Shown here: piece after piece, positions 1 to 10,084 of the stretch
Layout of the letters: every line of letters starts with the position of its first letter
Position numbering within the stretch: position 1 is the first letter of the stretch
Source: Balneolaceae bacterium
GTDB taxonomy: Bacteria; Bacteroidota; Rhodothermia; Balneolales; Balneolaceae
NCBI GenBank assembly: GCA_031581145.1
Contig: JAVLBP010000005.1
Location: forward strand, 17,376 to 81,375
DNA length: 64,000 nt
Reading direction: 5' to 3'
The notes under the pieces: generated by a model
Told to the model about the DNA's origin: nothing
What the model saw: the letters and a program-made list of their open reading frames with translations, nothing else
Database searches by the model: none
Program-made: the position numbers and the translations under genes

Positions 1-365
1 CCTTTGTGCTCAAAATCGTCTAGTATTGAGTCAATAATCGATGTGTCATACCCTTTTTTTTGAGCTTTTTGGAGGAGCTCTTTTCGTGCATGGGCACGGC
101 GAGAAATGTATTGCAGAAGCGATGCTTGAACCGTGAACCGATGTTCGGTTTCTAGTATTTTTAATACATCCTTTCGATGTAGGATTTGTCCTGCAGAAAG
201 AGGGTGTTTTATAAATGTATCAGTGGATAGGCCAAACAGAAATCCCTGCTCACTAAAGACAGAGAAACGGTCACGCTTTTTCTTTTGAACTTGGATCTCT
301 TTAATCGTGACTTGGTCTTCATCATCCCAATGTTCGGGACCAGGCATCTCTGTTTGGAGATCCAT
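1..365 (-). CDS. recX: RecX-like recombination regulator (3' end cut by window edge)
   Basis: My own minus-strand translation from the ATG at 365..363 stays open to position 1: [42 protein letters not shown]...LLQYISRRAHARKELLQKAQKKGYDTSIIDSILDDFEHKG. The helical RRxHxxxEL..K...KG repeat and the position directly downstream of recA fit RecX. The ORF is absent from the track because it runs off the window. Confidence 0.7.
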   Translation of the reverse strand, partial: MDLQTEMPGPEHWDDEDQVTIKEIQVQKKKRDRFSVFSEQGFLFGLSTDTFIKHPLSAGQILHRKDVLKILETEHRFTVQASLLQYISRRAHARKELLQKAQKKGYDTSIIDSILDDFEHK

Positions 366-1438
366 CACTCTGTTTCTTTGGCCGGCTCTTTTTTCTCATC
401 TTTTGCGGCTAATTCTGCACTAGGTGAACGTTCTTCTAATTCCACTTCGGGCAGAAGCTTCTGCTTAACCAAAGCCTCAATTTTAGCTGTTAATTCTGGA
501 TCTTCTTCCAAAAATTGAATTGCAGATTCAGCTCCTTGACCAATGGGCTCGCCTTCATACCTAAACCAACTACCTCGTTTCTCTATTACATCAAACTGAA
601 CAGCGAGGTCCAGAAGCTCATTAATCTTAGAGATCCCCTTACCGTACATGATATTGAACTCGACCGTTTTGAATGGCGGAGCGACTTTATTTTTAACCAC
701 TTTCACCTTAGTGCGGTTGCCCATGACATCCTCACCTTTTTTAATGGCACCTATGCGACGAATATCAAGTCGTACAGATGAATAAAACTTCAGTGCACGT
801 CCACCCGTCGTCGTTTCAGGGTTTCCAAACATCACACCGATTTTCTCTCGAACCTGATTAATAAATATGCATGATGTACGGGTTTTGTTTATCACACCGG
901 TCACTTTTCGTAAGGCTTGAGACATCAATCGCGCCTGAAGCCCCATATGTGAATCCCCCATTTCACCCTCTAGCTCTGCCTTTGGAACGAGTGCGGCAAC
1001 CGAATCGACGACAACCACATCCAAGGCCCCTGAACGGATAAGGGTCTCCGTGATCTCAAGGGCTTGCTCTCCCGAATCGGGTTGAGAAATCAGCAACTCA
1101 TCGGTATTGATGCCTAATGCCTTAGCATATTTTGAATCAAAGGCATGCTCCGCATCAATAAATGCGGCATAGCCACCCGACTTTTGGGCTTCAGCAACGA
1201 CCTGCATGGCAAGAGTGGTTTTACCTGAAGCTTCTGGCCCATAAATCTCAGTGATGCGGCCCCTTGGAATTCCTCCAACGCCCAATGCATAATCAACCAT
1301 GATTGACCCTGTTGAAATCACATCCACTTCGTGAACAGGTTTGTCTCCAAGTTTCATAATGGTGCCGGAACCAAATTGCTTTTCAATTTGTCCAACGGCG
1401 ATGTCTAATGCTTTGTTACGATCTGCTGATTCTGCCAT
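365..1438 (-). CDS. recA: Recombinase RecA
   Basis: 357-aa ORF with Walker [10 protein letters not shown], plus FIDAEHAFD and [17 protein letters not shown]. RecA-like along its full length. Confidence 0.98.
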   Translation of the reverse strand: MAESADRNKALDIAVGQIEKQFGSGTIMKLGDKPVHEVDVISTGSIMVDYALGVGGIPRGRITEIYGPEASGKTTLAMQVVAEAQKSGGYAAFIDAEHAFDSKYAKALGINTDELLISQPDSGEQALEITETLIRSGALDVVVVDSVAALVPKAELEGEMGDSHMGLQARLMSQALRKVTGVINKTRTSCIFINQVREKIGVMFGNPETTTGGRALKFYSSVRLDIRRIGAIKKGEDVMGNRTKVKVVKNKVAPPFKTVEFNIMYGKGISKINELLDLAVQFDVIEKRGSWFRYEGEPIGQGAESAIQFLEEDPELTAKIEALVKQKLLPEVELEERSPSAELAAKDEKKEPAKETE

Positions 1439-1618
1439 AAGGAGGGATTAAAATAGGTTAAATGAACAGGAACCAATGTATATGTTCAATATATGTAAAA
1501 CATTGCATTGATGCCACTCTTTCATTTAAGAACATTCCATGTTACGTTCCTTACATCTTGATTTCAAAAAAAGTTATCGCCACAGATTATCGCCACAGAA
1601 TAGACCCAACATCTACAC

Positions 1619-2404
1619 ATGATTGATACGCACTGTCACCTCTATTTGGATGATTTCCTGGAAGATTTACGAGACGTAGCGACTCGTGCCTCGGACGTTG
1701 GTGTAACTCAGATCCTAATGCCTGCCATTTCGATGGACTCGATGGCTCAAATGGATCGTTGTATTCAATCTTGGGATAGCTTTGCTTCTGGAATCACCTT
1801 GCATAAAATGGCTGGCATCCATCCCTGTGAATGGAAATCAGGTGACCCTGTAGATAGAGAGAAAATTTTTCTCATGGCCTCCGCTCAAGACATTTGCGCC
1901 GTGGGTGAGACCGGCCTTGACGCTCACTGGTCTACAGAGGCGATGGCGGAGCAACATACATCTTTGGATGCCCACTTATCTATCGCCAAAGAGCTTCAAA
2001 AACCCATTGTTTTGCATAATAGAGAAACCACAACTGAGCTTCTGGATAGGGTAGAGACTCACCAAGATGGATCCCTCACGGGTGTTTGGCATTGTTTTAC
2101 GGGAACAGAAAACGAGGCACGGCGGGCGATCGATTTAGGGCTACACCTGGGCATTGGCGGAGTATTTACGTTCAAAAAAACACAAACTCGTGAGTTTATA
2201 AAATCTCTTCCCTTTGAACGACTTCTTCTTGAAACAGACGCTCCCTATCTGGCTCCGGTTCCGTTTCGGGGTAAGCGTAATGAACCCTCCTATGTTGCTC
2301 ATACAGCACAAGCCCTTGCCAATGCGTTAGAATGTTCTTTATCCACTGTTTTGGAACAAACCAATATCAATGCTAGGACGCTTTTTGGACTCCAATCTTC
2401 ATGA
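1619..2404 (+). CDS. TatD-family metal-dependent hydrolase
   Basis: 261 aa with the N-terminal MIDTHCHL metal motif, GETGLD and LLLETDAPYL. This is the typical TatD/YcfH layout. Confidence 0.9.
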   Translation: MIDTHCHLYLDDFLEDLRDVATRASDVGVTQILMPAISMDSMAQMDRCIQSWDSFASGITLHKMAGIHPCEWKSGDPVDREKIFLMASAQDICAVGETGLDAHWSTEAMAEQHTSLDAHLSIAKELQKPIVLHNRETTTELLDRVETHQDGSLTGVWHCFTGTENEARRAIDLGLHLGIGGVFTFKKTQTREFIKSLPFERLLLETDAPYLAPVPFRGKRNEPSYVAHTAQALANALECSLSTVLEQTNINARTLFGLQSS

Positions 2405-3605
2405 GCCACGGATACGTCGTGTGAAGAGGTTCTGAAGCATAGATTCTTCGAAATTCCGTTCGTAGGGGCGTCTGCGTCCTCCATTGCTTAAAAAGCCCCT
2501 CTCGATGATGAGGTTTTGCTTCAGTAAATGGGCCATCATTTTCAGCAAATGGGCCGTCATGAAATTGGTCATCATATTGTGACTGTCCCAATGGATGTGA
2601 GTGACCCTCAAGCATCGCAGCTTTAAACACCGCCGAACGCGCCATCCATGGATGGATAGCCTCGATGAGCTCCTTGGCAGACGTGACATCATCTGATAGT
2701 GTTACCGGAGAAACTTCACCTGCTTGGTTTGCTTGCTTTGGAACTTGCACCGGTACGCCCAATGACTCAAGATGCTTGGTGACCTGAGCAAATACGTTGA
2801 GCCTAGATTGTATAGAGTACCCTGCAATGTGAGGAGTCGCAAGTGTAGCGGCTTCAAGGAGATCGAGGCGGATGCTTGGTTCGCCATGCCAAACATCACA
2901 AGCTAGCTGGCCGCCACGTTTTGCCCAGTGGTAGAGTGCGTCTTCATCGATCGTACCCCCTCTAGAGGCTTGGATAATCCAGAAAGTCTTGGCGTTTTGT
3001 AATTCCTCATGACTCCATAGTGGCATGGTCGCATCCTCACTACCAATCACACGAGGCACATGAAAGGTGACAGCATCACAAGCCATGATATCGTCCATTG
3101 TGGACGATCGAAATGGGCCTGCAGGTTGCATCTCTCGGCCAAAATCTTGTGCTGCGCGCGCTCTAGGAGGATCATACAAGACGACATCCCAGCCTAATTC
3201 CTTTGCCAAAGACTCAACAGCTTGCCCGGTTGCTCCGACGCCAACAATGCCCAAAGAGCCTTGAAACGACCCTTGACTCATCCACAGAACAGAGGCAATA
3301 ACATATTCGGCCACAGCATGCGCGTTTGCGCCAGGGCAATGACGCCAATGGATCCCAAGAGCCGTCAACCACTCCGTATCTATATGGTCAATCCCTGCCG
3401 TGGCTGTAATGACAAAGCTCGGGGGTGAATCGATCCATTCTGGATACGTCTCTTTGTCGATTCTCGTCACGGACCGAATGATGAACCCATCTACAAATGG
3501 ACGATGGTTTTCAAGTGCATACTCTTCAAGTGGAATGCATGTCACATTGGGGGCAATCACCTTTTGAATGCCATCAAGAAGCTGTCGGTCGACGACAATC
3601 TTCAT
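2373..3605 (-). CDS. pdxB: 4-phosphoerythronate dehydrogenase (PdxB-like D-2-hydroxyacid dehydrogenase) with C-terminal extension
   Basis: 410 aa. The blocks MKIVVD, IIRSVTRI, TATAGIDHID, CPGANAHAVAEYV, GIVGVGATG, YDPPRA, VTFHVP, DVWHGEP and HIAGYS parallel E. coli PdxB in order. The 3' end overlaps the tatD 3' end by 32 nt (convergent). Confidence 0.75.
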   Translation of the reverse strand: MKIVVDRQLLDGIQKVIAPNVTCIPLEEYALENHRPFVDGFIIRSVTRIDKETYPEWIDSPPSFVITATAGIDHIDTEWLTALGIHWRHCPGANAHAVAEYVIASVLWMSQGSFQGSLGIVGVGATGQAVESLAKELGWDVVLYDPPRARAAQDFGREMQPAGPFRSSTMDDIMACDAVTFHVPRVIGSEDATMPLWSHEELQNAKTFWIIQASRGGTIDEDALYHWAKRGGQLACDVWHGEPSIRLDLLEAATLATPHIAGYSIQSRLNVFAQVTKHLESLGVPVQVPKQANQAGEVSPVTLSDDVTSAKELIEAIHPWMARSAVFKAAMLEGHSHPLGQSQYDDQFHDGPFAENDGPFTEAKPHHREGLFKQWRTQTPLRTEFRRIYASEPLHTTYPWLMKIGVQKAS

Positions 3606-3608
3606 GAA

Positions 3609-4214
3609 TTAGACAGGTCTGGATAAAGGTGTGAAGGGGCCTTTTTTCCGTTTAGAAATAGGGGGGGCAAAGACTTCGGCATCAACAATCGCTTGACGTG
3701 CCCGTTCTTTGGTGACAAGCCGAGTGAAAGAACGCTTCTTAGACTCGCTCGTCATAAAGGGGGACAACATTGATGAATCAGTCTCGCTCAAGCTTTCACG
3801 GCCTTGAGGCTGCCTTGATTTAGCCGATTCATCAAAGGATGTATCTGTGGGTGTGCCTGAGCGTTGATTTGCGGGTTGATTTGCGGGTAATTCATAAGGG
3901 GAGGCATCTTGAGTGCGCTCAGCCATTGATCGACCAAATTCCTGCCCATTAGTCCCATTTCGACCAGCAGCTTGTTCAAACGCTTCTTGTTCAAACGCTT
4001 CTTGTCCAAAAACTTCTTGTTCAGCCGTATCTTGACCAATGGGTTCTAGTGCTTCGTCTGTTTCCATTAGCATTCCCTCAGGATCGGGGAAAAACTCCTC
4101 ATCACCCTCTTCGGGGAGATCTTCTGCCAATTCTCGACGCCGACGGTTCTGAATGTAATTTATCAGCCCCGCTGCTCCAGCAATTAGCAAACCTATGATT
4201 TCAAATACTTCCAT
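3609..4214 (-). CDS. Hypothetical membrane-anchored acidic protein with tandem pentapeptide repeats
   Basis: 201 aa with an N-terminal TM helix (IIGLLIAGAAGLINYI) followed by RRRR and then an acidic low-complexity region (QEVFGQEAFEQEAFEQ, PANQPANQ). It lies 3 nt upstream of pdxB on the same strand. No family recognised. Confidence 0.6.
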   Translation of the reverse strand: MEVFEIIGLLIAGAAGLINYIQNRRRRELAEDLPEEGDEEFFPDPEGMLMETDEALEPIGQDTAEQEVFGQEAFEQEAFEQAAGRNGTNGQEFGRSMAERTQDASPYELPANQPANQRSGTPTDTSFDESAKSRQPQGRESLSETDSSMLSPFMTSESKKRSFTRLVTKERARQAIVDAEVFAPPISKRKKGPFTPLSRPV

Positions 4215-4339
4215 ACTTTTAAGGTATCATTCCAGCCCCAAAGAAACACATGTCGAATCCACGCGTGATTATCGTGACTTCATGCACAATCATGCATACT
4301 ACTGTGTCGAACGCAACGGTTAGATAAGACTATATTCCT

Positions 4340-5707
4340 ATGAATCCATATCAGTTTATACGCAAAAAGCGCGATGGAGGTTCCCACTCCAAGCAACAGA
4401 TCATGGACTGGGTTCAGGCTTACACTTCTGGGGACCTTCCGGATTATCAAATGTCTGCATTTCTTATGGCAGGCGTCCTACAGGGCTTCACAACCAATGA
4501 AACACAGGGTTTTATGGAGGCTATGTTGTTCTCTGGTGAGAAGATGGATTTGTCGGCAATCAAGGGACCCAAAATCGACAAGCATTCTACGGGAGGTGTG
4601 GGCGATAAGACATCTCTGTTGTTAGCACCGATTTTGGCAAGTAAAGGGGTGGTCGTCCCTATGATTTCAGGGCGAGGGCTTGGACACACAGGGGGGACGC
4701 TCGATAAACTTGCCTCGATTCGAGGGTTTCGAACTGATTTAACATTGGAGCAAGCACGTCATCAATGCGAACAAATTGGCGTTGCCATGATGGGTCAAAC
4801 AGAGGATATCGCCCCTGCCGATAAAAAACTCTATGCCCTTCGAGATGCCACAGCAACCGTGGAATCGATCCCGTTGATCGCCAGCAGCATTATGAGTAAA
4901 AAGTGTGCCGAAGGGATTGAGGGGCTTGTTCTGGATGTCAAGGTTGGAACGGGTGCTTTTATGGAAACAGAGCAGCAAGCTCGTGAACTTGGTTCGACAA
5001 TGATTCAACTGGGTGAGTCGTTTGGGGTGAAAACACAGGTCGTCTTCACGGATATGAATCAACCTCTTGGACGCCTGGTTGGCAATGGTCTCGAGGTGGA
5101 AGAGTCCATTCTTGGATTACTTGGCCATGGCCCAGAGGATCTTATGGAGGTCACCCATCGCCTTGCCGCAAGCATGTTTCAATTAGCAGGAAAGGTTGAG
5201 AGTATCGACGAAGGAGTGTCTCTTTCCAAAGAAACCATAACGAACGGTGAGGCATGGGCCATGTTTTTAACCCTTGTTGAGGCACAACAAGGTGATGCTG
5301 ACCAATTAAAGGATTGGGTTCAAACGTGGCAAAACGATCCATCGGTTCATCTTTATACACCCACACAGAGCTCTGCTGTTTTGGCTCCTCACGCTGGGGT
5401 GTTGACACACTGCGACTGCAAAGAACTAGGGTTTATTGCCACGGAATTGGGGGCTGGGCGTGCCACGATGGTGGACAAGATTGACCCAGCGGCTGGAATG
5501 GAGTGCCTCAAGAAACTTGGTGAATCTGTTGAAGAGGGGGAGCCCATTGCACTTCTTCACGGACATAAGGGCGCACCCATGGAGGTGCTTGGTCAGCGCT
5601 ATATCGCATCATGGACCCTCCAAAAAAGGTCTAAAGAAGCCACAGGCCAAAGATTTTCTACACCACCCTTCATTCACGGCTCTATGAATAAAGAAATGCT
5701 TGCATAG
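4340..5707 (+). CDS. deoA: Thymidine / pyrimidine-nucleoside phosphorylase
   Basis: 455 aa with IRKKRDG, MSAFLMA, the HSTGGVGDK phosphate loop and SGRGLGHTGGTLDKL. Confidence 0.9.
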   Translation: MNPYQFIRKKRDGGSHSKQQIMDWVQAYTSGDLPDYQMSAFLMAGVLQGFTTNETQGFMEAMLFSGEKMDLSAIKGPKIDKHSTGGVGDKTSLLLAPILASKGVVVPMISGRGLGHTGGTLDKLASIRGFRTDLTLEQARHQCEQIGVAMMGQTEDIAPADKKLYALRDATATVESIPLIASSIMSKKCAEGIEGLVLDVKVGTGAFMETEQQARELGSTMIQLGESFGVKTQVVFTDMNQPLGRLVGNGLEVEESILGLLGHGPEDLMEVTHRLAASMFQLAGKVESIDEGVSLSKETITNGEAWAMFLTLVEAQQGDADQLKDWVQTWQNDPSVHLYTPTQSSAVLAPHAGVLTHCDCKELGFIATELGAGRATMVDKIDPAAGMECLKKLGESVEEGEPIALLHGHKGAPMEVLGQRYIASWTLQKRSKEATGQRFSTPPFIHGSMNKEMLA

Positions 5708-5747
5708 CATTGTGGGTATTGCCCATGAACCCTTTTAAAGGTGTAAT

Positions 5748-6164
5748 TCAGGAGTTTTTTGTACTAATCGAGGGGATCACAAGACTGAATATGTACGCAG
5801 TGGGTAGAATAACAATGTACAGGACATTCAAATATAACAGTGCGATTTGCGTGATCAATGAAAGTGTACGTAAAAAAGTACTATTTAAATTGAATTTGTG
5901 ACTTAACCCTGCAAAAAATCCAGTAATAAAACCTTGATCAGAGCTCCTGTATAGGCCGCGGTCTTTGGTTGTTATGCGAAAGGCGTCAAATGAAGTGGTT
6001 TTTGTTGACAGATCATGGCCGCATTTAAAGCAAAGGACCTCTCTTGAACTGGTTTTTTTCCCGCAGCCAGGACAATAATTCGTACCAGAGGTGTACTCCT
6101 TCTCACATACTGAACAAAGAGTTTCACCTCTTTCTATAACGGTATTACATGTCCGACAATGCAT
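5748..6164 (-). CDS. Zinc-ribbon plus PspC-domain membrane protein
   Basis: 138 aa. The N-terminus carries paired CxxC motifs (CRTCNT..CSVC, CPGCG..CFKCG). The C-terminal part ITGFFAGLSHKFNLNSTFLRTLSLI followed by a TM helix resembles a PspC domain. Confidence 0.65.
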   Translation of the reverse strand: MHCRTCNTVIERGETLCSVCEKEYTSGTNYCPGCGKKTSSREVLCFKCGHDLSTKTTSFDAFRITTKDRGLYRSSDQGFITGFFAGLSHKFNLNSTFLRTLSLITQIALLYLNVLYIVILPTAYIFSLVIPSISTKNS

Positions 6165-6287
6165 CCTTTAACCTTGTTTTCGAACAAGGTACTCTGTAAA
6201 AAAAAAGGATAGGACACATTAAAATGTGTAGATAGAATCACTGTACACTCATCATCGCATCCACCCAATCAAAGGATTGAGACATAC

Positions 6288-6896
6288 TTACTGTATTTTA
6301 TTTAGGTTTATGAGCTCAAACTTTGAATGAACTTGAAGTTTCCCATAAATATTCTTGATATGCATTCGGACTGTATTCACACTAATATTTAGCTCCTTTG
6401 CAATGGCATTATAGGATTTTGCCTCCATGATGTAGTGAGTAATCTCCTTTTCTCGAGTGGTTAATGAGTTAAATTTCGAAGAGTTATGCTGAAAAAAATG
6501 AACCACCTTGAAGGCAACGGAGGGGGTTAAATAGGCGCCGCCACGAAGTACGGATTCAAAAACGGTCAAGTAATCAATCCCAGAGCTTTGCTTGTCAATG
6601 TAGCCTACAGCACCTGCCTTTATTGCTTGAAAGATCATATCCGCGTCATTTTTTATAGTATGCATGATTATTAATGCATTGCTATGAGACTTTTTCAACA
6701 TTGGAATCGCTTCTAACCCGTTCATTTCTGGCATTAAGACGTCCAGTAAAATGATATCAGCTAGGTCCTTGGATTGTTGAAAAGAGACAGGCCCTTCATA
6801 GAGACTCACCAAAACAGGCAAATCAATTTTTTTGATAGTTTTAGCAATTAATGCCCCCATTTCTAAATCATCTTCAATTACTGCTACGTTATACAT
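6288..6896 (-). CDS. Response regulator, NarL/LuxR family
   Basis: 202 aa with a receiver domain (acidic pocket VIEDD, phospho-Asp context ILLDVLMPEMNG) and a C-terminal LuxR HTH (LTTREKEITHYIMEAKSYNAIAKELNISVNTVRMHIKNIYGKL). Confidence 0.9.
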   Translation of the reverse strand: MYNVAVIEDDLEMGALIAKTIKKIDLPVLVSLYEGPVSFQQSKDLADIILLDVLMPEMNGLEAIPMLKKSHSNALIIMHTIKNDADMIFQAIKAGAVGYIDKQSSGIDYLTVFESVLRGGAYLTPSVAFKVVHFFQHNSSKFNSLTTREKEITHYIMEAKSYNAIAKELNISVNTVRMHIKNIYGKLQVHSKFELINLNKIQ

Positions 6897-6898
6897 GG

Positions 6899-9865
6899 CT
6901 AGAGTACTTTATATGTCATGTGGATTCGCAATCCATGCCCTTGAGTTCGAATGGATGTTGCAACCACGCCTTGATGATTTTTTATTCGTTTTTCTAAATT
7001 TTTCAGCCCATATCCCTCAGTATGCTGTAATGACTCCAGATTAGCCAAGACGCCATCATCTTCGTAGACAACCACCACTTCATTTTTTTTCATATCCAGG
7101 GACAGGTATACATTTTCGGCCTCTGAATGTTTGAGAGTATTAGTGCACAGCTCATAAAGTGAATGTTTAATATCTCGAGTCAGGTCACTGGGATAATGTG
7201 AATCTTTGTGGAGAATACGTTTATGAGTACAGTGGATATGAATGTTGGTAGCACTAAATACTTTGTAGACTACATCATTCATTTCTGCATGTAGTTCCTC
7301 AGGTTTATGATATCGATCCGTTACACTGGAGATGTATGATCGAAGTGAAAAATTACATTCATCAAGATTACTCAAAATCCGCTGATGCTTTTCATTGCCT
7401 TCGTTCATGAAATCACGAACCAGCATGCTAGTTCTCGTCAAATTTGTACCTACGACATCATGCAAATCACTAGCGATACCTTCCTTGATTTTAATCTCTT
7501 GCCTCGATTTAATCAGCAGGGACGAGATGAGTCCAATTACCAAGATTAAAAATAGAATCATGAGGGTGCCATAAAACTCTTTCTTGTAGTAAAATGGGAC
7601 AGATGCCTGTATGGTGATAGATAACTGATTCTGCAGTAATTTTCCGATGGTATCATAGCCCCTGATTTTAAGAGGATACGTCCCGGGAGCTAGATTACTT
7701 AGCAATAGTGTGTTGCTAGGATCCAATGCCATCCAAGGAGCCTCATCCAACTTGTATTCCAATCGATAATTAGACGCTTTTGCTGGATCTATGACGGAAA
7801 AATGAAGTTTTAAGGTTTCAAAGAATGTTCTGAATTCAATTTCTATGGTTTCATTGGAGATATTTGTCGCCTCAAAGGTGCTGGCATTAGGTTGTATTTG
7901 CTCAATTTTTGTCAAATGAATTTTATTGTCTGACGAAATATTGTTCAAAAATGATGGGTCAATCACGTCATAGCCATTTAGTCCCCCAAAGACTAAGTGA
8001 CCTGACGTGGTCATGACTGCAGATTTTAAATTGTATTCCTGGTTAATCAGTCCATTGGATCGATCCAACGTATACACCTGATTATTACTCTGATCCTCAA
8101 TAAGGATGCCGTCATAGGTTGCAATCCACAAGTTTTCATTCGCATCAAAAAACATAGCAGTCACCCTGCTATTCAAATCACGATCAGCATGTGCAATCGC
8201 CTTCTTGTGCATCGATTTGTCAATATCCACAACATCGACCCCTTTGTATCCCCCAATGTAGAGTTGAGTCCCATCCGGACTCTGAAGTAGGGAGGTTGAG
8301 GTACTATTGACAGTTGATACGGATGCAGCTGCTGAGGAGGAGTAAAATAAGAGCTCGTTTTGGAGTTGAGTATCAAACAAGTGAGTTCCTGCCTCCGTTG
8401 CTAGCCAGATCCCACGACCTTTATGATCGAATAATAGGTCAAGAATTCTATCATTTGGATCTAAATGTTGAGATTTTGAAGAGACATCTACATTGATGAC
8501 AGATGTAAAATCAGTACTGACAACACTTACAAGGCCCTCAGATCCTGCAATGAGGGTATTATTGGGGAGCGCCTCAATACTGTAGTAACTTCGGCTGACG
8601 GTTTCATTGTCAAGACGTGCGAGTAGATTGCCTTCTAGATCAAGTTTTACTAGGCCATTCGCCTCTGTGGTTGTGTAAACAGCATTGCCTAACTTCAAAG
8701 CATCAAACAAGTCTAAATTGATACTTTCTACAGCAATGGATGCATCCTCTAAGTTGGATGTGTATAAAATTTCAGGATACCCAAGAAGTAGCAGTTCATT
8801 TGGCTGAACTTCGATTATGGCTCTTCGAACTCTAGGAATACTACTATAGCTGAGCTCATGATCAACTATATTTCGCACAAACCATGGAGTCTTTTTTACT
8901 AGAAAAAGCCCCTGGTTTGTCCCAACAATTAAGCTATTATCCCTTTCAATTGTGGCGATTTTTCTAATGTCAATTTGTGAAGAAATCGTTAACGAGGATT
9001 GCCTGACCTCATTCAATGAGCGTTCGCCTAAAAATCCGCGATTGTCACACATAAAATTGTAGTAATCCTGTGTCCCATTCTCCCCAGACCATGGCGAATC
9101 GAGGACTACATAGTTGGTTTCTTCACTACAGGGTCTATAGAATGTTGGCAGTGTTGCATCCTCACTAATTTTCATGATGACCGAGTTTCGGACGTAGTAT
9201 AAAGCATCATCGTGGTGCTTGAAGAGTTGTTCCTTGTATCCATTTGGAATAGGGTAGGGATATTGCAAGGAGAGATTTTCCAGTTGGTTTAAGTCTTTGT
9301 CTGTTCTGAAGACCCCTTCATCCTTTATGACTAGGTATACATGATCCCTGAACGTTTCCAATAGGCCATGTGGAGAAGGCAAAGAAATTTCCTTGGTAAT
9401 CTCACCGTTTTGAAGACGAACTAAACCAGGGGAATGGTTAATGAAATAAAGAACGGACGGATCCTCATCAAGGGCAATATCATACACCTTGCCTTTGGTG
9501 ACCCAGTTGATAGAGAAATCCTCCGTATTAAACTTTAGGACTCCTTCTTCTCGGTTTAATAAGTATAAAGTTGAATCACGAAGAAAGAGCTTATCAACAC
9601 GTGAATTTTTAAAAAATGAGGGCTTATTATCAGTGCTAAAGTGGGCAAAATGGGATCCATCATATCGCAACAAACCACCTGCGGTGGCTACCCAAACATA
9701 TCCATCGGAATCAATGACTATGTCGTGGATGCTTCTTGTATATCCATTTTCAATGGAGTTGATTTTTTCAACCGTGTACCCTGTAGACTGTCCATAAGCT
9801 GTTCCTTGAAGATGAAAAACCTGAAATAGAAGCGCTGCGGTAAAAAAGAGTATTTTTTTTGTCAA
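6899..9865 (-). CDS. Sensor histidine kinase with large periplasmic propeller/Y_Y_Y-type sensor and HisKA_3 core
   Basis: 988 aa, TTG start in the ORF track. It has a signal peptide, roughly 700 aa of repeated propeller-like segments, a Y_Y_Y-like segment (YRLEYKLDEAPW), one TM helix (LMILFLILVIGLISSLLI), the H-box ASDLHDVVGTNL and ATPase G-boxes (YEDDGV, GYGLKNLEKR). It lies 2 nt upstream of the LuxR regulator. Confidence 0.85.
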   Translation of the reverse strand: MTKKILFFTAALLFQVFHLQGTAYGQSTGYTVEKINSIENGYTRSIHDIVIDSDGYVWVATAGGLLRYDGSHFAHFSTDNKPSFFKNSRVDKLFLRDSTLYLLNREEGVLKFNTEDFSINWVTKGKVYDIALDEDPSVLYFINHSPGLVRLQNGEITKEISLPSPHGLLETFRDHVYLVIKDEGVFRTDKDLNQLENLSLQYPYPIPNGYKEQLFKHHDDALYYVRNSVIMKISEDATLPTFYRPCSEETNYVVLDSPWSGENGTQDYYNFMCDNRGFLGERSLNEVRQSSLTISSQIDIRKIATIERDNSLIVGTNQGLFLVKKTPWFVRNIVDHELSYSSIPRVRRAIIEVQPNELLLLGYPEILYTSNLEDASIAVESINLDLFDALKLGNAVYTTTEANGLVKLDLEGNLLARLDNETVSRSYYSIEALPNNTLIAGSEGLVSVVSTDFTSVINVDVSSKSQHLDPNDRILDLLFDHKGRGIWLATEAGTHLFDTQLQNELLFYSSSAAASVSTVNSTSTSLLQSPDGTQLYIGGYKGVDVVDIDKSMHKKAIAHADRDLNSRVTAMFFDANENLWIATYDGILIEDQSNNQVYTLDRSNGLINQEYNLKSAVMTTSGHLVFGGLNGYDVIDPSFLNNISSDNKIHLTKIEQIQPNASTFEATNISNETIEIEFRTFFETLKLHFSVIDPAKASNYRLEYKLDEAPWMALDPSNTLLLSNLAPGTYPLKIRGYDTIGKLLQNQLSITIQASVPFYYKKEFYGTLMILFLILVIGLISSLLIKSRQEIKIKEGIASDLHDVVGTNLTRTSMLVRDFMNEGNEKHQRILSNLDECNFSLRSYISSVTDRYHKPEELHAEMNDVVYKVFSATNIHIHCTHKRILHKDSHYPSDLTRDIKHSLYELCTNTLKHSEAENVYLSLDMKKNEVVVVYEDDGVLANLESLQHTEGYGLKNLEKRIKNHQGVVATSIRTQGHGLRIHMTYKVL

Positions 9866-10084
9866 ATGCTAAGCCTTCTAGATGATCTTGATACTACCTC
9901 AAGGATACTATCTTTGAAATGCAGTGCAATGGGGTAGATAGATTAATGTTAAGGACTAGGTGAACTTACTAATTCCATGTAAAATAGATGGACGGAGATG
10001 ACCCTACATACACATCATTATGTGTATTTACGCCATCGACGATCACAAGACATAGATGTAGTTAAAGGTTTGTAAATTCCTTCT

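Noticed and set aside
285-1296. Track ORFs 285..518(+), 515..781(+) and 1114..1296(-) overlapping recX/recA
   Set aside because: These are antisense or out-of-frame shadows of unmistakable recA/recX coding sequence and carry no motifs of their own.
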